A stretch of DNA of 64,000 nt, taken from contig NC_043015.1 of NCBI RefSeq assembly GCF_006345805.1, positions 31,310,001 to 31,374,000 of the forward strand, in the 5' to 3' direction. Within the stretch, counting starts at the first letter, position 1; each line of letters begins with the position of its first letter. The translations under genes were made by a program, and so were the position numbers. Origin of the DNA: Octopus sinensis (taxonomy: Eukaryota). Below the pieces are notes generated by a model. It did not search any database. It was not told where the DNA came from and saw nothing but the letters and a program-made list of their open reading frames with translations. Of this stretch, positions 1 to 14,216 are shown piece after piece.

Positions 1-262
1 CTCGCGGTTTTGATTCCCAGACCGGGCGTTGTGAGTGTTTATTGAGCGAAAACACCTAAAAGCTCCACGAGGCTCCGGCGGGGGGGGGGGGTGATCCCTG
101 CTGTACTCTTTCACCACTGTTTCTCCCATTCTTTCTTCTGTTGGCCTGCTCGCTTAGCCAGCGGGGTGGCGTCATTCGAAGGTTAAAACAATGCGAACGC
201 ATTGTGACCAGCGATGTGTAACTACATCTGATGGACTGGTCGGTCACGTGATCACGTGATAT
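1..262 (+). mobile_element. tRNA-derived SINE with the same head as 53799 but a different 3' tail (cut by the window edge)
   Basis: 1-125 is near-identical to 53851-53970, then diverges into a tail also seen inverted at about 10140-10255. Confidence 0.8.
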
Positions 263-935
263 ATGTATGTATATATATATATATATATATATATACCGTA
301 CCGGTGGCATGTAAGAGGCACCATTCGAGCGGGATTGTTACCGGCATCGCCTTACTGGCACCTGAGCTGTTGGCACGTGTAAAAAGATTCGAGCGAGGTT
401 GTTGCCAATAGCGCTTGACTGGCTCCCGTGCCGGTGGCATGTAAAAGCACCCACTACACTCTCGGAGTGGTTAGCATTAGGAAGGGCATCCAGCTGTAGA
501 AACTCTGCCAGATCAAGACTGGAGCCTGGCGCAGCCATCTGGTTCGCCAGCCCTCAGTCAAATCGTCCAACGCATGCTAGCATAGAAAGCGGACGTTAAA
601 CGATGATGATGAGGATATTGTAGTTTGCTTGAAGCATTATGTATTGTTTGCAAAATATGATGTCTTGAATGGCACAACAATGCATGTATGTAGAGATAAG
701 GATCTAAACATAATGACTTACATTAAGTCATCATAGCCAAAGTCCACTGACGAAATACTGAAAGGCAAGCAAGAAATGTATTTCCATTTAACAAATACTC
801 ATACCTCTACCAACAGTACTTGGCCTACCTGTATTGACGCGTATGTGAATGGATTCCTTGATAAGATGTAATATTTTGTGTTGAATAAACACTTTTGAAG
901 AATAAATTCGATTATCTTCTGTTTATCCCTCAGAG

Positions 936-1154
936 TAGTGCTTTTCAAACTTTTTGCTGGACCGGAACCCCAGGGAAACATTCCACTGGCTCGGGGAACC
1001 CCTGTGCAATAATTTAATAGTCTTCTGCACACATATCTGCACAGGAGAATTAAAAACTACTGCCGATTTTAGCAGTTTTGTAACTTCTTGCGGATTCCCT
1101 GGACTGTACTGGTGGAACCCTAAGGTTCTGTGGAACCCTGGTTGAAAACCACTG
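936..1154. mobile_element. hAT (Charlie-like) MITE inserted into the left end of a family A MITE (to 1364)
   Basis: (T/C)AGTG..TTTCAA TIRs. 8-bp TSD CCTCAGAG / CCTTAGAG. Confidence 0.85.
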
Positions 1155-1491
1155 CCTTAGAGCATTCAGATTACTTGGTCGAATGTAATGCTTATTCATT
1201 CACATTGATTTGAATTAATCATACATTATCTCATAGCTTTGAGATTTCAATGATGTGGTTGTTGATTTTTAAAATGACACTGGAGGTAAAAAGCCAGATC
1301 TGGCCAATTTGAACATAAAACAGAAAATTTGGGGCCAGACGTGGCCAGTTTAAATGCTAAAGGGTTATATCTGCTTTCCATGTCAGCATGAGTTGAGTGG
1401 GTCATCACAGTCCAAATCAGTTCTTGTTAGAAGTTTTACCACCTTAAATTGAAAGTCTTGACTGTACTAACCAGGTGATGGGCATAGAGTA

Positions 1492-2580
1492 TGTTACCTA
1501 TCAGACCTCCCATTTGTTACCTATCAGACCTCCCATTTGTTACCTATCAGACCTCTCATTTGTTACCTATCAGACCTCCCATTTGTTACCTATCAGACCT
1601 CCCATTTGTTACCTATCAGACCTCCCTTTGTTACCTATCAGACCTCCATTTGTTACCTATCAGACCTCCCATTTGTTACCTATCAGACCTCCCATTTGTT
1701 ACCTATCAGACCTCCCATTTGTTACCTATCAGACCTCCCATTTGTTACCTATCAGACCTCCCATTTGTTACCTATCAGACCTCCCATTTGTTACCTATCA
1801 GACCTCCCATTTGTTACCTATCAGGCATCACATTTGTTACCTATCAGACCTCCCATTTGTTACCTATCAGACATCCCATTTGTTACCTATCAGACCTCCC
1901 ATTTGTTACCTATCAGACCTCCCATTTGTTACCTATCAGACCTCCCATTTGTTACCTATCAGACCTCCCATTGTTACCTATCAGCCTCCCATTTGTTACC
2001 TATCAGACCTCCATTTGTTACCTATCAGACTCCCATTTGTTACCTATCAGACCTCCATTTGTTACCTATCAGACCTCCCATTTGTTACCTATCAGACCTC
2101 CCATTTGTTACCTATCAGACCTCCCATTTGTTACCTATCAGACCTCCCATTTGTTACCTATCAGACCTCCCATTTGTTACCTATCAGACCTCCCATTTGT
2201 TACCTATCAGGCATCACATTTGTACCTATCAGACTCCCATTTGTTACCTATCAGACCTCCCATTTGTTACCTATCAGACCTCCCATTTGTACCTATCAGG
2301 CATCACATTTGTTACCTATCAGACCTCCATTTGTTACCTATCAACCTCCCATTGTTACCTATCAGACCCCATTTGTTACCTATCAGACCTCCCATTTGTA
2401 CCTATCAGACCTCCCTTTGTTACCTATCAGACCTCCCATTTGTTACCTATCAGGCATCACATTTGTTACCTATCAGACCTCCCATTTGTTACCTATCAGA
2501 CCTCCCATTTGTTACCTATCAGACCTCCCATTTGTTACCTATCAGACCTCCCATTTGTTACCTATCAGGCATCACATTTG
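1492..2580. repeat. 23-bp minisatellite (TTTGTTACCTATCAGACCTCCCA)n, about 47-48 units
   Basis: Direct reading of the array. Variant unit ...TCAGGCATCACA at five positions. Confidence 0.98.
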
Positions 2581-4711
2581 ACCTAATATATGAAATACAG
2601 AGGGAACTTTATGCTGTCCCTCAACCTATTAGAAGTAACTGTAGTTTGATAAGCAGGACTACATCTCACGAGATTCATCAGAGGACTACATTTAACTTGT
2701 ATCATCTATTTTTGACAGGGTGTCTCTAGCTGTGTGCACTTCCTAATGCCAATCACTTTGCAGGGGTTTCTTCATGTATATTATTGTGACACCAGCACTA
2801 GAGAGGTTATCATGTCTTCAACAAGACAAGAGTTGTCTTGAACTTACCTGCTGTCCATTTGTTTGCCAAACACATTAAGTTCACCTGGAATTGCTTTTAT
2901 CATCATCATCATCATTTAATGTCTGTTTTGAATACTGCCACAGGTTGAACAGTTTGGCAGGAGGAGCTAGCCACCTGGAGAGCTGTCCAGGCTCCAATTA
3001 TCTGTTGTGGCGTCGTTTCTATGGCTGGATGCCCTTCCTAATGCCTACCACTTCACAGAGTGTGCCGAGTGCTTTCTACATGCCACCAACATGGGTGCAT
3101 CTACATAGCACCGGAACGAGTGCATTTCACGTGGCACCAGTGCAAGTGCATCTCATGTGACACTGACACAAGTGCATTTACGTGGCACTAGCACCTGCAA
3201 GACAGAGATCTCTCAGCTGGGAGAGGGAGTGGGGACATGGTCGTTCCACGTCGTGCATGGATGGCCATGATTTTACTTAGCTTGGCATGTCTTTTCAAGT
3301 ACAGCAAATCACCACACAGGTCTTGGTCCCTTGTTATCTCCCCAGTGAGGCCCCAGTGTCTGAAGATCTTTTCTCACCACTTCATCCAATGTCTACCTGG
3401 GTTTATCCCTTCCACAGGTTTATTAATTAGTTAACGAAGAATCAAGATATGTGATTGAGAAGTTTGCTTTCCAATTACATGGTTTCAAGTTCAGTTCCAC
3501 TGCATGGCACCTTGGGCAAGTATCTTCTACTTGTGAGAGGGTTTGTTAGATGGAAACTGAAAGATATGTATGTTTTAGTATGTCTGTGTGTGTATCCTTA
3601 AGTTCCATTGTCATACAATCAATGTCATTCATTTCCAATATTTTGCAAAAGCATGCATGACCAGGTGTAAATATCACCTTGCTTGGAAACAGGTGAGGGT
3701 TGGTGACAGGGAGGGCATCTGGCCATAAGAAAATCTTCCTCAATAAACTTCCTTCAACTTAGGCAAACATGGAAAAGTGGATGTTAGGATGTTGTTGAAT
3801 AGTCCTAGATGATCCAAGACCAAGAACACTTATGATCAAATGTGTTCCAGCCACGACACTCCTGTTTTTTTTAGAGGTATATATAGGAATAAATTTTCCA
3901 ATTTGGCCTTTTTTTATTTAATATGTTGGTGAAGGCAGTGAGTTGGCAGAAACGTTGGCACACCGGGCAAAATGCTTAGCAATATTTCATCTGTCTTTAC
4001 GTTCTGAGTTCAAATTCCACCAAGGTCGACTTTGCCTTTCATCCTTTCAGGGTCAATAAATTAAGTACCAGTTGCATACTGGGGTTGATCTTATTGACTG
4101 CCTCCCTCCCCCAAAATTTCAGGCCTTGTGCCTAGAGTAAAAATGAATATGCTAATGTGAGGAAATTTGGCTGATATTTCTAGCAAATTGAGAAATCCCT
4201 CACTAGTTTGTTGATGTTGATTAGATGAACATCAACCCTTATCAAATCCTACAAACCATTGTTGGCTCCCAAAATATCTAAGAATATATTCCACCATGTG
4301 TTTTTTGTTTTTAAAATGGTAGAATATGATTTGAGATGGATTTTGGTTGTTATTTCTAGCAGGTCCACTGACCATATAGCATCTCCTACAATTATTAAAC
4401 AACAGCTTCATAATATTGTTGTTTAGATCCAGATCAGCTCTGATCAAGTAGACTCATAAATCCAGGCGTTCCAACCATGTCCATTCCCATTTATTTTCAG
4501 ACCCTGTATCCAAGACCAAATTATCCAACGTGCCCTTCAACTTTTAACATAGTAGGGTGTGGCTTGAAGGAAATTTGACTGCTACTTTAAGCATGCCTAG
4601 CATCTATGTCAAGGTTCTCTAATTAATAATTATATGTTGGTGGCTGGGGTGGAAATGGTGTATAGAAGTTTTGGATGGATATACTTGGCAGCCTCCTAAT
4701 ACAAACAATTT

Positions 4712-4748
<37 letters not shown>

Positions 4749-4751
<3 letters not shown>

Positions 4752-4904
4752 GCTGTGTGGTAAGGAGCTTGCTAACCAACCACATGGTTCCGGGTTCAGT
4801 CCCACTGCGTGGCATCTTGGGCAAGTGTCTTCTGCTATAGCCCCGGGCCAACCAATGCCTTGTGAGTGGATTTGGTAGACGGAAACTGAAAGAAGCCTGT
4901 CGTA

Positions 4905-4953
<49 letters not shown>

Positions 4954-5180
4954 GTGTGTGTGTGTGTGTTTGTGTGTCTGTGTTTGTCCTCCTAGCATTG
5001 CTTGACAACCGATGCTGGTGTGTTTACATCTCCGTTACTTAGCGGTTTGGCAAAAGAGACCGATAGAATAAGTACTGGGCTTACAAAAAGAATAAGTCCC
5101 GGGGTCGAGTTGCTTGATTAAAGACGGTGCTCCAGCATGGTCGCAGTCAACTGACTGAAACAAATAAAAGAGTAAAGAGT
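4749..5180 (+). mobile_element. SINE family S1 (tRNA-like head, internal TA/TG microsatellite, GAGTAAAA tail)
   Basis: gtggctgtgtggtaag...ggttcagtccc head. More than a dozen copies in the window. Confidence 0.85.
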
Positions 5181-5661
5181 ATATATATATATATATATAA
5201 AAAAAAAGAAAAGAAAATCAATGCTAACTCCCTCCCACAATGGCATGCTGATCATCTTCTGCTGTTATAGCCCCACCCTTATTGACCTAACCAGTCTAGA
5301 CTACAACTGACCTAAATCAGTTGTTCTTTCTATCATCATTTTAACAAATGTCTGCTCTTGTACAACCAAATGGGTGCCAATCGTGTGAGCTGAAGTGTGA
5401 CGTTTAACACATGAAATAGGCTGAATTAAATTCAACATAAAAAGTCACTCAACACATATCCAATAACTTGTATTTCTGTGCACTTTTGTGAAGAAAAAAA
5501 TTTTTTATCGGATTCAGTTATTAAAAGTATGCTTGTTGATATGTGTGTGTGTATATATATATGTATATACATACATATATATGTACATATATTTGTATAT
5601 GCATGTATTTATATGTATGTGTGTGTGTGTGTGTATGTATATATGTGTTTATGTGTATGTA

Positions 5662-6062
5662 TACTCTTTTACTCTTTTACTTGTTTCAGTCATTTGACTG
5701 CGGCCATGCTGGAGCACCGCCTTTAGTCGAGCAAATCGACCCCAGGACTTATTCTTTGTAAGCCTAGTACTTATTCTATCAGTCTCTTTTGCTGAACCGC
5801 TAAGTGACGGGGACGTAAACACACCAGCATCGGTTGTCAAGCAATGCTAGGGGGACAAACACAGACACACAAACACATATATATATATATACATATATAC
5901 GACAGGCTTCTTACAGTTTCCGTCTACCAAATCCACTCACAAGGCATTGGTTGGCCCGGGGCTATAGCAGAAGACACTTGCCCAAGATGCCACACAGTGG
6001 GACTGAACCCGGAACCATGTGGTTGGTTAGCAAGCTACTTACCACACAGCCACTCCTGCGCC
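5662..6062 (-). mobile_element. SINE family S1
   Basis: Reverse complement of the S1 consensus. Confidence 0.85.
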
Positions 6063-6284
6063 TATATATATGTGTATGTATATATATATATATGTGTGTA
6101 TGTATATATATATGTGTGTGTGTATGTATGTATGTGTATGCATGTATATATGTGTGTGTATGTACATATGTGTGTGTATATACATGGGTATGTATATATA
6201 GAGAGAGAGAGGGGGGGAGAGTTTATGAAAAAAACAAAAGACGAAGACAGGTGGTTTACAAAACAAACAGATGTATTAGTATAA

Positions 6285-7070
6285 AAGGTGCTTTGGCTAA
6301 ATTGTTGCTATTTTATATTTTTACTTTCGCACATGCACGTTGCTTCTTTTTGATTTTGTCGACTACACTGCATAGTAGGGTCAGTTGGGCACTATCTGTG
6401 AGAAAAACAGCACCATGACGCAAATCACTCTGCCAGAAATTTGGAACATGCTGTACTGCTTGGCATTCATGCCAGAAGCTCCAATATGAAAATTTCAGAA
6501 CATTTGGGTGTCAATCTGAGGACAGTGCATGTCCCCAAAATATGTACCTAGAGTGATAAAAGATCAAACATCCAGTCAACATCATGGTGTTTGGAGTGAT
6601 CACTAGGATGGTGACATTATGCCTCTGTTCATCTTCCCACACAACCTCAGATGCAACACAAAAGCCAACATCAAGTGCCTGGAGGAGGTAGTGCTGCCCT
6701 GGGTCAAGAGGATGGCTGCTGGAAGACCCTATGTCTGGCAATAGGACTCTGCACCATGTCACACAAGCAGGAGAACCCAGTCATGGTTGTTAGGCAATTT
6801 CTGCAACCACATCACCCCTAACATCTGCCCACTTAACTCCCCAGACTGCAACCCCCTTGATTATTATATGTGGGGCACAGTTGAGCGAGAGACCAACAAA
6901 ACTCCTTGTAACACCAAAGATGAGCTGAAGTCAAAGATAATGGCAGCATTCACCAACTTAAACAAGGAGACCGTCCAGAAGAGTTGCAAAAGGTTCCAAA
7001 GTCGTTTGACGGCTGTGGTTGAAGCCAATGGCGATTTTATTGAATAAATTTACTCTTTAGTATTTCAAAA
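6285..7070 (+). mobile_element. maT/DD37D transposon, internally deleted
   Basis: IKHPVNIMVFG...WQ*DSAPCH...NSPDCNPLDYY, with 37 residues between the second and third D. ORF ends GDFIE* at 7047. N-terminal catalytic part missing. Confidence 0.85.
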
Positions 7071-7207
7071 GTACCAAAATTACACAAGGCTTTGGTCGGC
7101 CCAAGGCTATAGTAGAAGACACTTGCCCAAGGTGACATGCAGTGGGACTGAACCCGGAACCATGTGGTTCGTAAGCAAGCTACTTACCACACAGCCACTC
7201 CTGCGCC

Positions 7208-7240
<33 letters not shown>

Positions 7241-7631
7241 CGTCATAGAAAGCATTTCAAGGCAAGCACTAGGACATGATGGAGTCCTTGGACTTACTGG
7301 GTCCTGTTGAAGCATCCAACCCATGCCAGCATGGAATATGAACGTTGATGATATATGTTTGTGTCTGTATATAATTATGTGTGTGTGTGTGTGCATGTAT
7401 CATCATCACTATCATGTAATGTTCACTGTTCTATGCTTATGTAAATATATATATGTGTGTGTGTAATGTATGAAATTAAGTAAACGACAAGGGGGACATG
7501 AAATTATGCAAAGAACTTCATTAGCTATTTGTATGTGTGTATAAATGTATAAAACGTGTGTGTGTGTATATTGATGTATGTGTTAAGTGCAGGAGAAAGA
7601 ATAACATTTTTTTATTGCTCACAGCCTCATA

Positions 7632-7806
7632 GGCGCAGGAGTGGTTGTGTGGTAAGTAGCTTGCTTACCAACCACATGGTTCCGGGTTCAGTTCCACTGT
7701 GTGGCACCTTGGCCAAGTGTCTTCTACTATAGCCTCGGGCCGACCAAAGCCTTGTGAGTGGATTTGGTAGACGGAAACTGAAAGAAGCCCGTCGTATATA
7801 TGTGTA

Positions 7807-7863
<57 letters not shown>

Positions 7864-8075
7864 GTTTGTGTGTCTGTGTTTGTCCCCCTAGCATTGCTTG
7901 ACAACCGATGCTGGTGTGTTTACGTCCCCGTAACTTAGCAGTTCGGCAAAAGAGATCAATAGAATAATTACTGGGCTTAGAAAGAATAAGTCCCGGAGTC
8001 GATTTGCTCGACTAAAGGCAGTGCTCCAGCATGGCTGCAGTCAAATGACTGAAACAAGTAAAAGAGTAAAAGAGC
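7632..8075 (+). mobile_element. SINE family S1 (a head-only minus copy lies at 7078-7207)
   Basis: Full head, microsatellite and tail. Confidence 0.85.
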
Positions 8076-8376
8076 CTTTTTGATTTTAGTCATAATTTAG
8101 CCCTCACTGAGCAAACCCCCTTTTAAAGGTATTCCAACCATAAGCTTTCTGTCCTTTATTCAGGCATTGCTTATCTAGGACTACATTATCCCAAGTGTCA
8201 CCTCCCTCTTCTAACATGCTAAGATGTAATTTGATGGAACGTTGGCTGTTGTTTTTAGCTTGTCAAGTGACCACAATGAGCCTCAATGCAGTGGCTTGTT
8301 TGTGAGTTAATTAATGCATCTGTGACATTTTCTTGCTTTGTTGATCCTAACAATTATTGATTATTATAGTATATGT

Positions 8377-8410
<34 letters not shown>

Positions 8411-10878
8411 ATTGTAGGGCAAAGGGAATGGGTGCATGAATAGAGCAAAATATAAAAAAAAAAAAACATAGAAAAGGAAATGATGAACTAGTGAGGGGGT
8501 CTCTGTTCACAGTTGTTATTCAGCCTGCTAGAAATAGTACAGCTAAGAACGTGGCAACCTGGCAGAGACGTTAGCATGCCTGGCAAAGTGCTTAGCAGTA
8601 TTTTGTCTGCCACTACATTCTGAGTTCAAATTCCGCCAAGGTCGACTTTGCCTTTCATCCTTTTTGGGTCGATAAATTAAGTACCAGTTACGCACTGGAA
8701 TCGATATAATCGACTTAATCCGTTTGTCTGTCCTTGATTGTCCCTACTGTGTTTAGCCCCTTGTGTGTAGTAAAGAAATAGGTATTTCGTCTGCTGCTAC
8801 GTTCTGAGTTCAAATTCCGCCGAGGTCGACTTTGCCTTTCATCCTTTCGGGGTCGATTAAACAAGTACCAGTTATGCACTGGGGTCGATATAATCAACTT
8901 AATCCAGCCTCCCACACCTACCCTACAATGTCATTGAAAGAAAAGAACAATCGCATCATCAAGATCTCAAAGCAGCAAGATGATGCATGATTGACTCAAA
9001 TTAATCGTTATCTTTTGAGAGAGTGATCTGAATACTAAAAGCTTAAAACAACCAGAACTTATACTAGCAAGAAAATTGCAGCAAAGCTGCATGGTAGCGA
9101 TGTCAGATGTGGCATGCAGACCATCATATGACTTGTTCTATTCTTCTCTTCCATTTGACGAATTCAGTGTGCACGTGCGCATTGCATGTTCATACTTCTC
9201 TTTCTGGCTCCTGCTCAAAACAAGTTTACAGATCACAACCATCTCACGAACATGTGTTCACGAGGAGTGCTTCACGCTCTGACGGTTTTGAAATAAAGGC
9301 ACAGAATATAAGAATTGTACAAAAAATTGTATTTGTCTGATCAGTCATTAAAAATTGCCAACACGTATTGGTAGGTGACATAAGGGTGAGTGGCACTGTA
9401 AATTTGTTCAACTATTTGAATGTATATAAGGTGGTTCTATAGTTAATTTGTACATAAAACTATTCGTCTATAGGATAATGCTTGAATATATACATGTGTA
9501 TTGTATGAAATTTGTTTTGATTAGGAATTTTCTGGACAGTTTATTTAGTATTGTTGAATAAAGTCGTGCATAAGATCCAGTCAAAATGAATTTTATTATA
9601 GACTTGACTCTACATCTAGTATTGATTCTCTCCACCATTCCACCATCAGTAAATGTTCTGATATTATTTCTTAAATTAACAACCCCGTCATCATTTACCG
9701 TTCACTTTCGATGCTGGCTTGGGTGGGACGGTTTGACAGAGAGCCAGAAAGCTGCAAAGTTTTGTCAGGCTCTGATGTCTTCTATGGCTGGGTGCCTTTC
9801 CTAACACCAACCACTTTACAGAGCATACTGGGTGCTTTTGTGTGTGTGTGTATGTGAGAGAGAGAGAGAGAGAGTGTGTGTGTGTGTGAGAGAGAGAGAG
9901 TGTGTGTGTGTGTATGTTGAGGCACATGGCTTAGTGGTTAGGGTGTTGCACTTATGATGGTAAGATTCTGGTTTCAATTCCTGGACCAGGTGATTCATTG
10001 TGTTCTTGAGCAAAACACTTCATTTCACATAGTCCACTCAGATGGCAAAAATGAGTAACACTGTGATGGACTGGCATCCTATCCAAGAGGAAAACATATG
10101 CACCACAGAATCTATGGAAACTGGCAATTATATACCATGTGATCACATGGCTGACCAGATTATCAGATGTTGTTACACACCACTGGTCACAATGTGATTT
10201 GCAATGTTTTAACCTTTGGATGACACCACCCTGCTGGCAACGTGAGCAGGCCAACATTTTCCCTGATTGAAAAGGGGGACTAGGGCAACATGAAATTAAA
10301 TGTTTTGCTCAAGAACACAACTCACTACACATCAAAATTGAACTTTTAGCAGATAGAAACTTTGCTGTAGTTTTATCATTTTCTTTTTTACCTAATACTT
10401 TTATCATTTCCTGTGAGTGTGTCTCAGTTTCTGAATGTGTTCACCGTATCCCTGTCTGTATAAGAAGTGGTCAAAAGTGTTGCTGACAAGGAGAGCATCT
10501 GGCTGTAAAGCTATGCCTCAGAAAAGGTATCCAACAAATGGGAAGATGGATGTAAAAAAAAAAAAAAAAAAACGAAAAAAACGTTGATGTTTTGATATAC
10601 AAGTAGGGTACTGAAAAGTTCCTGGCTTTAAGGATTTCACAAAAGACCTGGCTGGAAGCCCAATCTTCTGGGTTCTTTTACAGGGCTTAGAAAAACTGAA
10701 GGACCACTGCAATAAGTGTGTAAGTTTGAGGGAGGAATATGTTGAATAAAATCATAATTAACTGATCCTTCTGTATTTTTGATGAGCAATTTGCTTAAAG
10801 TAATTAATATTGATTTCTCTTCAGATTTCAATTTAGTAATAGGAAACCTTTCTTCTTTTCTTTTTTCCTCATCTCCAG

Positions 10879-11003
10879 CTCCATGAAATTGTCCCTGCTG
10901 TAACGACCTGTATTGTCAGTAAACAGTTGTGTATGAAGCCCGATTTAGACAACCACTGGGCTTTGCGAGACTTTGCTGCAAGACTTATGAACAACATCTG
11001 CCG
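10879..11003 (+). CDS. TAF6: TAF6 internal exon ([42 protein letters not shown])
   Basis: Pyrimidine tract then ctccag| acceptor and CG|gtaatc donor. Translation matches the TAF6 HEAT-like C-terminal domain (human [30 protein letters not shown]). The phase-2 end joins 15015 in frame. Confidence 0.95.
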
Positions 11004-14000
11004 GTAATCTTCTATCTTTTCTCTTTTGCTTGTTTCAGTCATTGGACTGCAGCCATTGCTGGGGGCATTGCCTTGAAGGATCTAATCCAACAAATTGCCC
11101 TCACTACTTACTTTTTTTTAAAGTCTGGTATTTATTCTATTGGTCTCTTTTGCTGAACTGCTAAGTTACGTAAACACACTAACACTAGTTGTAGGGATGG
11201 GGTGGGGGGACAAATACAACAACACTAACATACATACACACACAACAGTCTTCTTTCAATTTTCAACTCCCAAATCCACTCAAAAGGTTTTGGTCAGAGC
11301 GGGGTCACAGTAGAAGACATCTGCTCAAGGTGCCCTGCATTGGAACTGGACCCAAGACCCTATCAAAAGCTCTATCTCCCTATATATGTTACCTTATTCA
11401 CCAGAGTATAATAAATGTAGTTAGAGAAGTTCCAGAAGCTGCTTTCGTCTCCAAGGTGGTGGTCGTGGTGGCAGCACTGTTGTTGTTTAACCCTAGGTCA
11501 ACCCTGATTCACAAAAGCTGTGATTAAAGGCATTACAACTGTGGTGATCCCATCTATTTTTTAAATGTAGTTTATCTAAAAAAATGTATTATTCAATACG
11601 ACCTTCCTTTTTCTAAAATATCAAAGTGTAAATGAGAGAGATTAGGCTGCTGTTTTCAGCAGGATGAGCAATTCTCTAAGCTAGTGTTCCTCAACCATTT
11701 TTTACTTATGGACCCCTTTGATTCTTATTTTCCTTAGATTGATCCTCCTAGTCATTCAGTGTTTAAAAAAGACATATTATATTGTTTATGATTAAATATT
11801 ATTAGAAATTGTGTTAAAAGAATTGTTAGAATATTTTGTGTATTATATATTTTCTTTTACTCAAAGCCAGGAATTTCTGAGCAACCCTTTGTACCTATAC
11901 ATACATACATACATATATATATATGCATACATTCATAAATATATATATATATCATCATCATCATCATTGTTTAACGTCTGTTTTCTGTGCTAGCATGGGT
12001 TGGATGGTTCAACCGGGGATCTGGGAAGCCAGAAGGCTGCACCAGGCTCCAGTCTGATCTGGCAGAGTTTCTACAGCTGGATGCCCTTCCTAACGCCAAC
12101 CACTCCATGAGTGTAGTGGGTGCTTTTTATGTGCCAGGGGAGTCTAGCAGCGGCCACAATCAGTTGGTGTTTTTAACGTGCCACCGGCACGGAAGCCAGT
12201 CAAGGCGGCGCTGGCATCAGCCACATATATATATATATATATATCATGGAGGCAATGACTCGTGCCTGAGGCGTTTGGCAATATGCCATGCCTGAAAAAT
12301 CCTGTCAAGTCAATTGAAGTAACAGCTGTAGCCATCGTCAGTATCACATAACTGAGATCTGTGCCAGTGGCATGTAAAAAGCATCTTTCATGCTTGAGAA
12401 GACCCTTCAAGCCAAGTTGTGTTCGTTGGTGTCACATTACCGGCACCCGTGCCAGTGGCACATAAAAGGCACCTTTCAAGCATTGACCCTTACGGAGGCA
12501 ATGACAAATGACTGAGACCTTTGGCAATCTGCTGTGCTTGAAGAAGACCCGTCAAGCCAAGTGATGATGATATATACTGTACGGATCGTTTGTGGATTTT
12601 CAGCTGATTGGAGCAGTAGCATCTTAAGAAAGCTTCCTGCTTGGATTATATATTCTACCCAACATCCATACTGTTTTATGTGTATGTGTATTTGAGAGGA
12701 GAGATTAGAAGAAAAATGTTTTCAGGTTGAAACGTCTCACACTCACACACATCTCCTTAGGTTAAATAATGATCTTTATAATGCGTCCGTGTCTGTAACG
12801 CGTAAAAGCACCAACGAATCGTGGCCGTTTGCCAGCCTCATCTGGCCCCTGTGCCAGTGGCACGTAAAAAGCACCCACTACACTCACGGAGTTGTGGTTA
12901 GGAAGGGCATCCAGCTGTAGAAACACTGCCAGATCAGACTGGAGCCTGCTGCAGCCTCCTGGCTTCCCAGACCCCGGTCGAACCATCCAACCCATGCTAG
13001 CATGGAAAACAGACATTAAACGATGATGATGATGAACTTGATGATAATGCCTGAATATAAAGATGATTTAATCCTTTTGATGTTGTTATTTTAGTTTCAC
13101 CTGATTTGTGAACTGATAGCATTATGATCTGGTATCAGTGTGCAGGACTGTTTTGTGTTGTCTGGGAAAGGATCACCTGCTGCTGCTTTCAAATACTTTC
13201 CATGAGAATTGGGTCAATTCAATCAATATTGTGTTCTGTTTTTGACACTATTAATTTTGAAATGTTTTAAGTACTGAAGTATTTTATGTTAATTGCTCAA
13301 TTAAAACTACTAATTATTCATTGAATTATTGACTCTGCAGAACAGCTATCAGTGTTAACCCTATTAAACACATATTGCATTATTAACTATCCTATTGACC
13401 AATCTTGCCTTTGTCTTCAGCCCTCAACTCTTTGATAGCATCATAGGGGCAACATTATGAGATTCAGCTTACTTGCTTAAGCTCTTTACTCCCTATGGAG
13501 CGTAGACCATGGACAACTTTTCTTCATTGTTCTTGACTCTAGACTGTCCCTGAAGGAAGGCCTCCCTCTCCCAGATTTTGTTGATTTTGAATTGCTATCA
13601 ATGCTTGTGTGACCCCCCCACTCCCATTTTTCTAGGTAGGGATGTTGATCCTATGCAACCCCTCTGAGAAGAGGTGGTCCATATTAGTCTGGCCTCTAAC
13701 CTTTGACCCATCAAGCACAAGAGACCCTACCAGGAACTTACACTCCAATGATATAGCTTTCAGAGTTATTGAGATATACACAAGCTACCACACCACACCA
13801 CGACAAGGACTGGACCTTGTAGTGGTTCAGTGACATCTCTGTCCCAAGCACTCAGGCCAGATCTCTGATTTGCAGATACCTTCCACCCTCTCTCTTTCCT
13901 GCTAGTCTTGTAGTTTCTTATAATCAACCACAAAGAACATCTGGTTCCAATGTTATATTTATTCTGACAATTACGACATCAATAAGTCTTTCTACCAGCC

Positions 14001-14216
14001 ACAAGGCCTGAGGTTTTTGCTGGGAGGGGCTATTTGATTACATCAACTCCAGCGCTCAACTGTTGCTTATTTTATCGATTCCAAAAGGACGAAAGGCAAA
14101 AATCAACCTTGGTAGCATTTGAACTTAAAGCATGAAGCTGGAAGAAATACTGGTAAGCATTTAGTCTGGCATCCTAATGATTCTACCAGCGCGCCACCTT
14201 CAACTTCCCTATTAAT

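Noticed and set aside
1492-2580. CRISPR-like array
   Set aside because: The repeats abut with no unique spacers, there are no cas genes, and the context is eukaryotic.
1475-2729. Three long overlapping ORFs of 349-412 aa
   Set aside because: They arise from a 23-bp unit with no + strand stop codon, giving the same 23-aa period in all three frames. They are not a gene.
9076-9360. Possible mariner 5' region or coding exon
   Set aside because: No TIR pair, catalytic motif or TAF6 similarity could be established.
1-10878. Upstream TAF6 exons (histone fold; VRVNVVQNNL...LEKY)
   Set aside because: Not recognised in this interval. They probably lie upstream of the window, though a small exon could have been missed.
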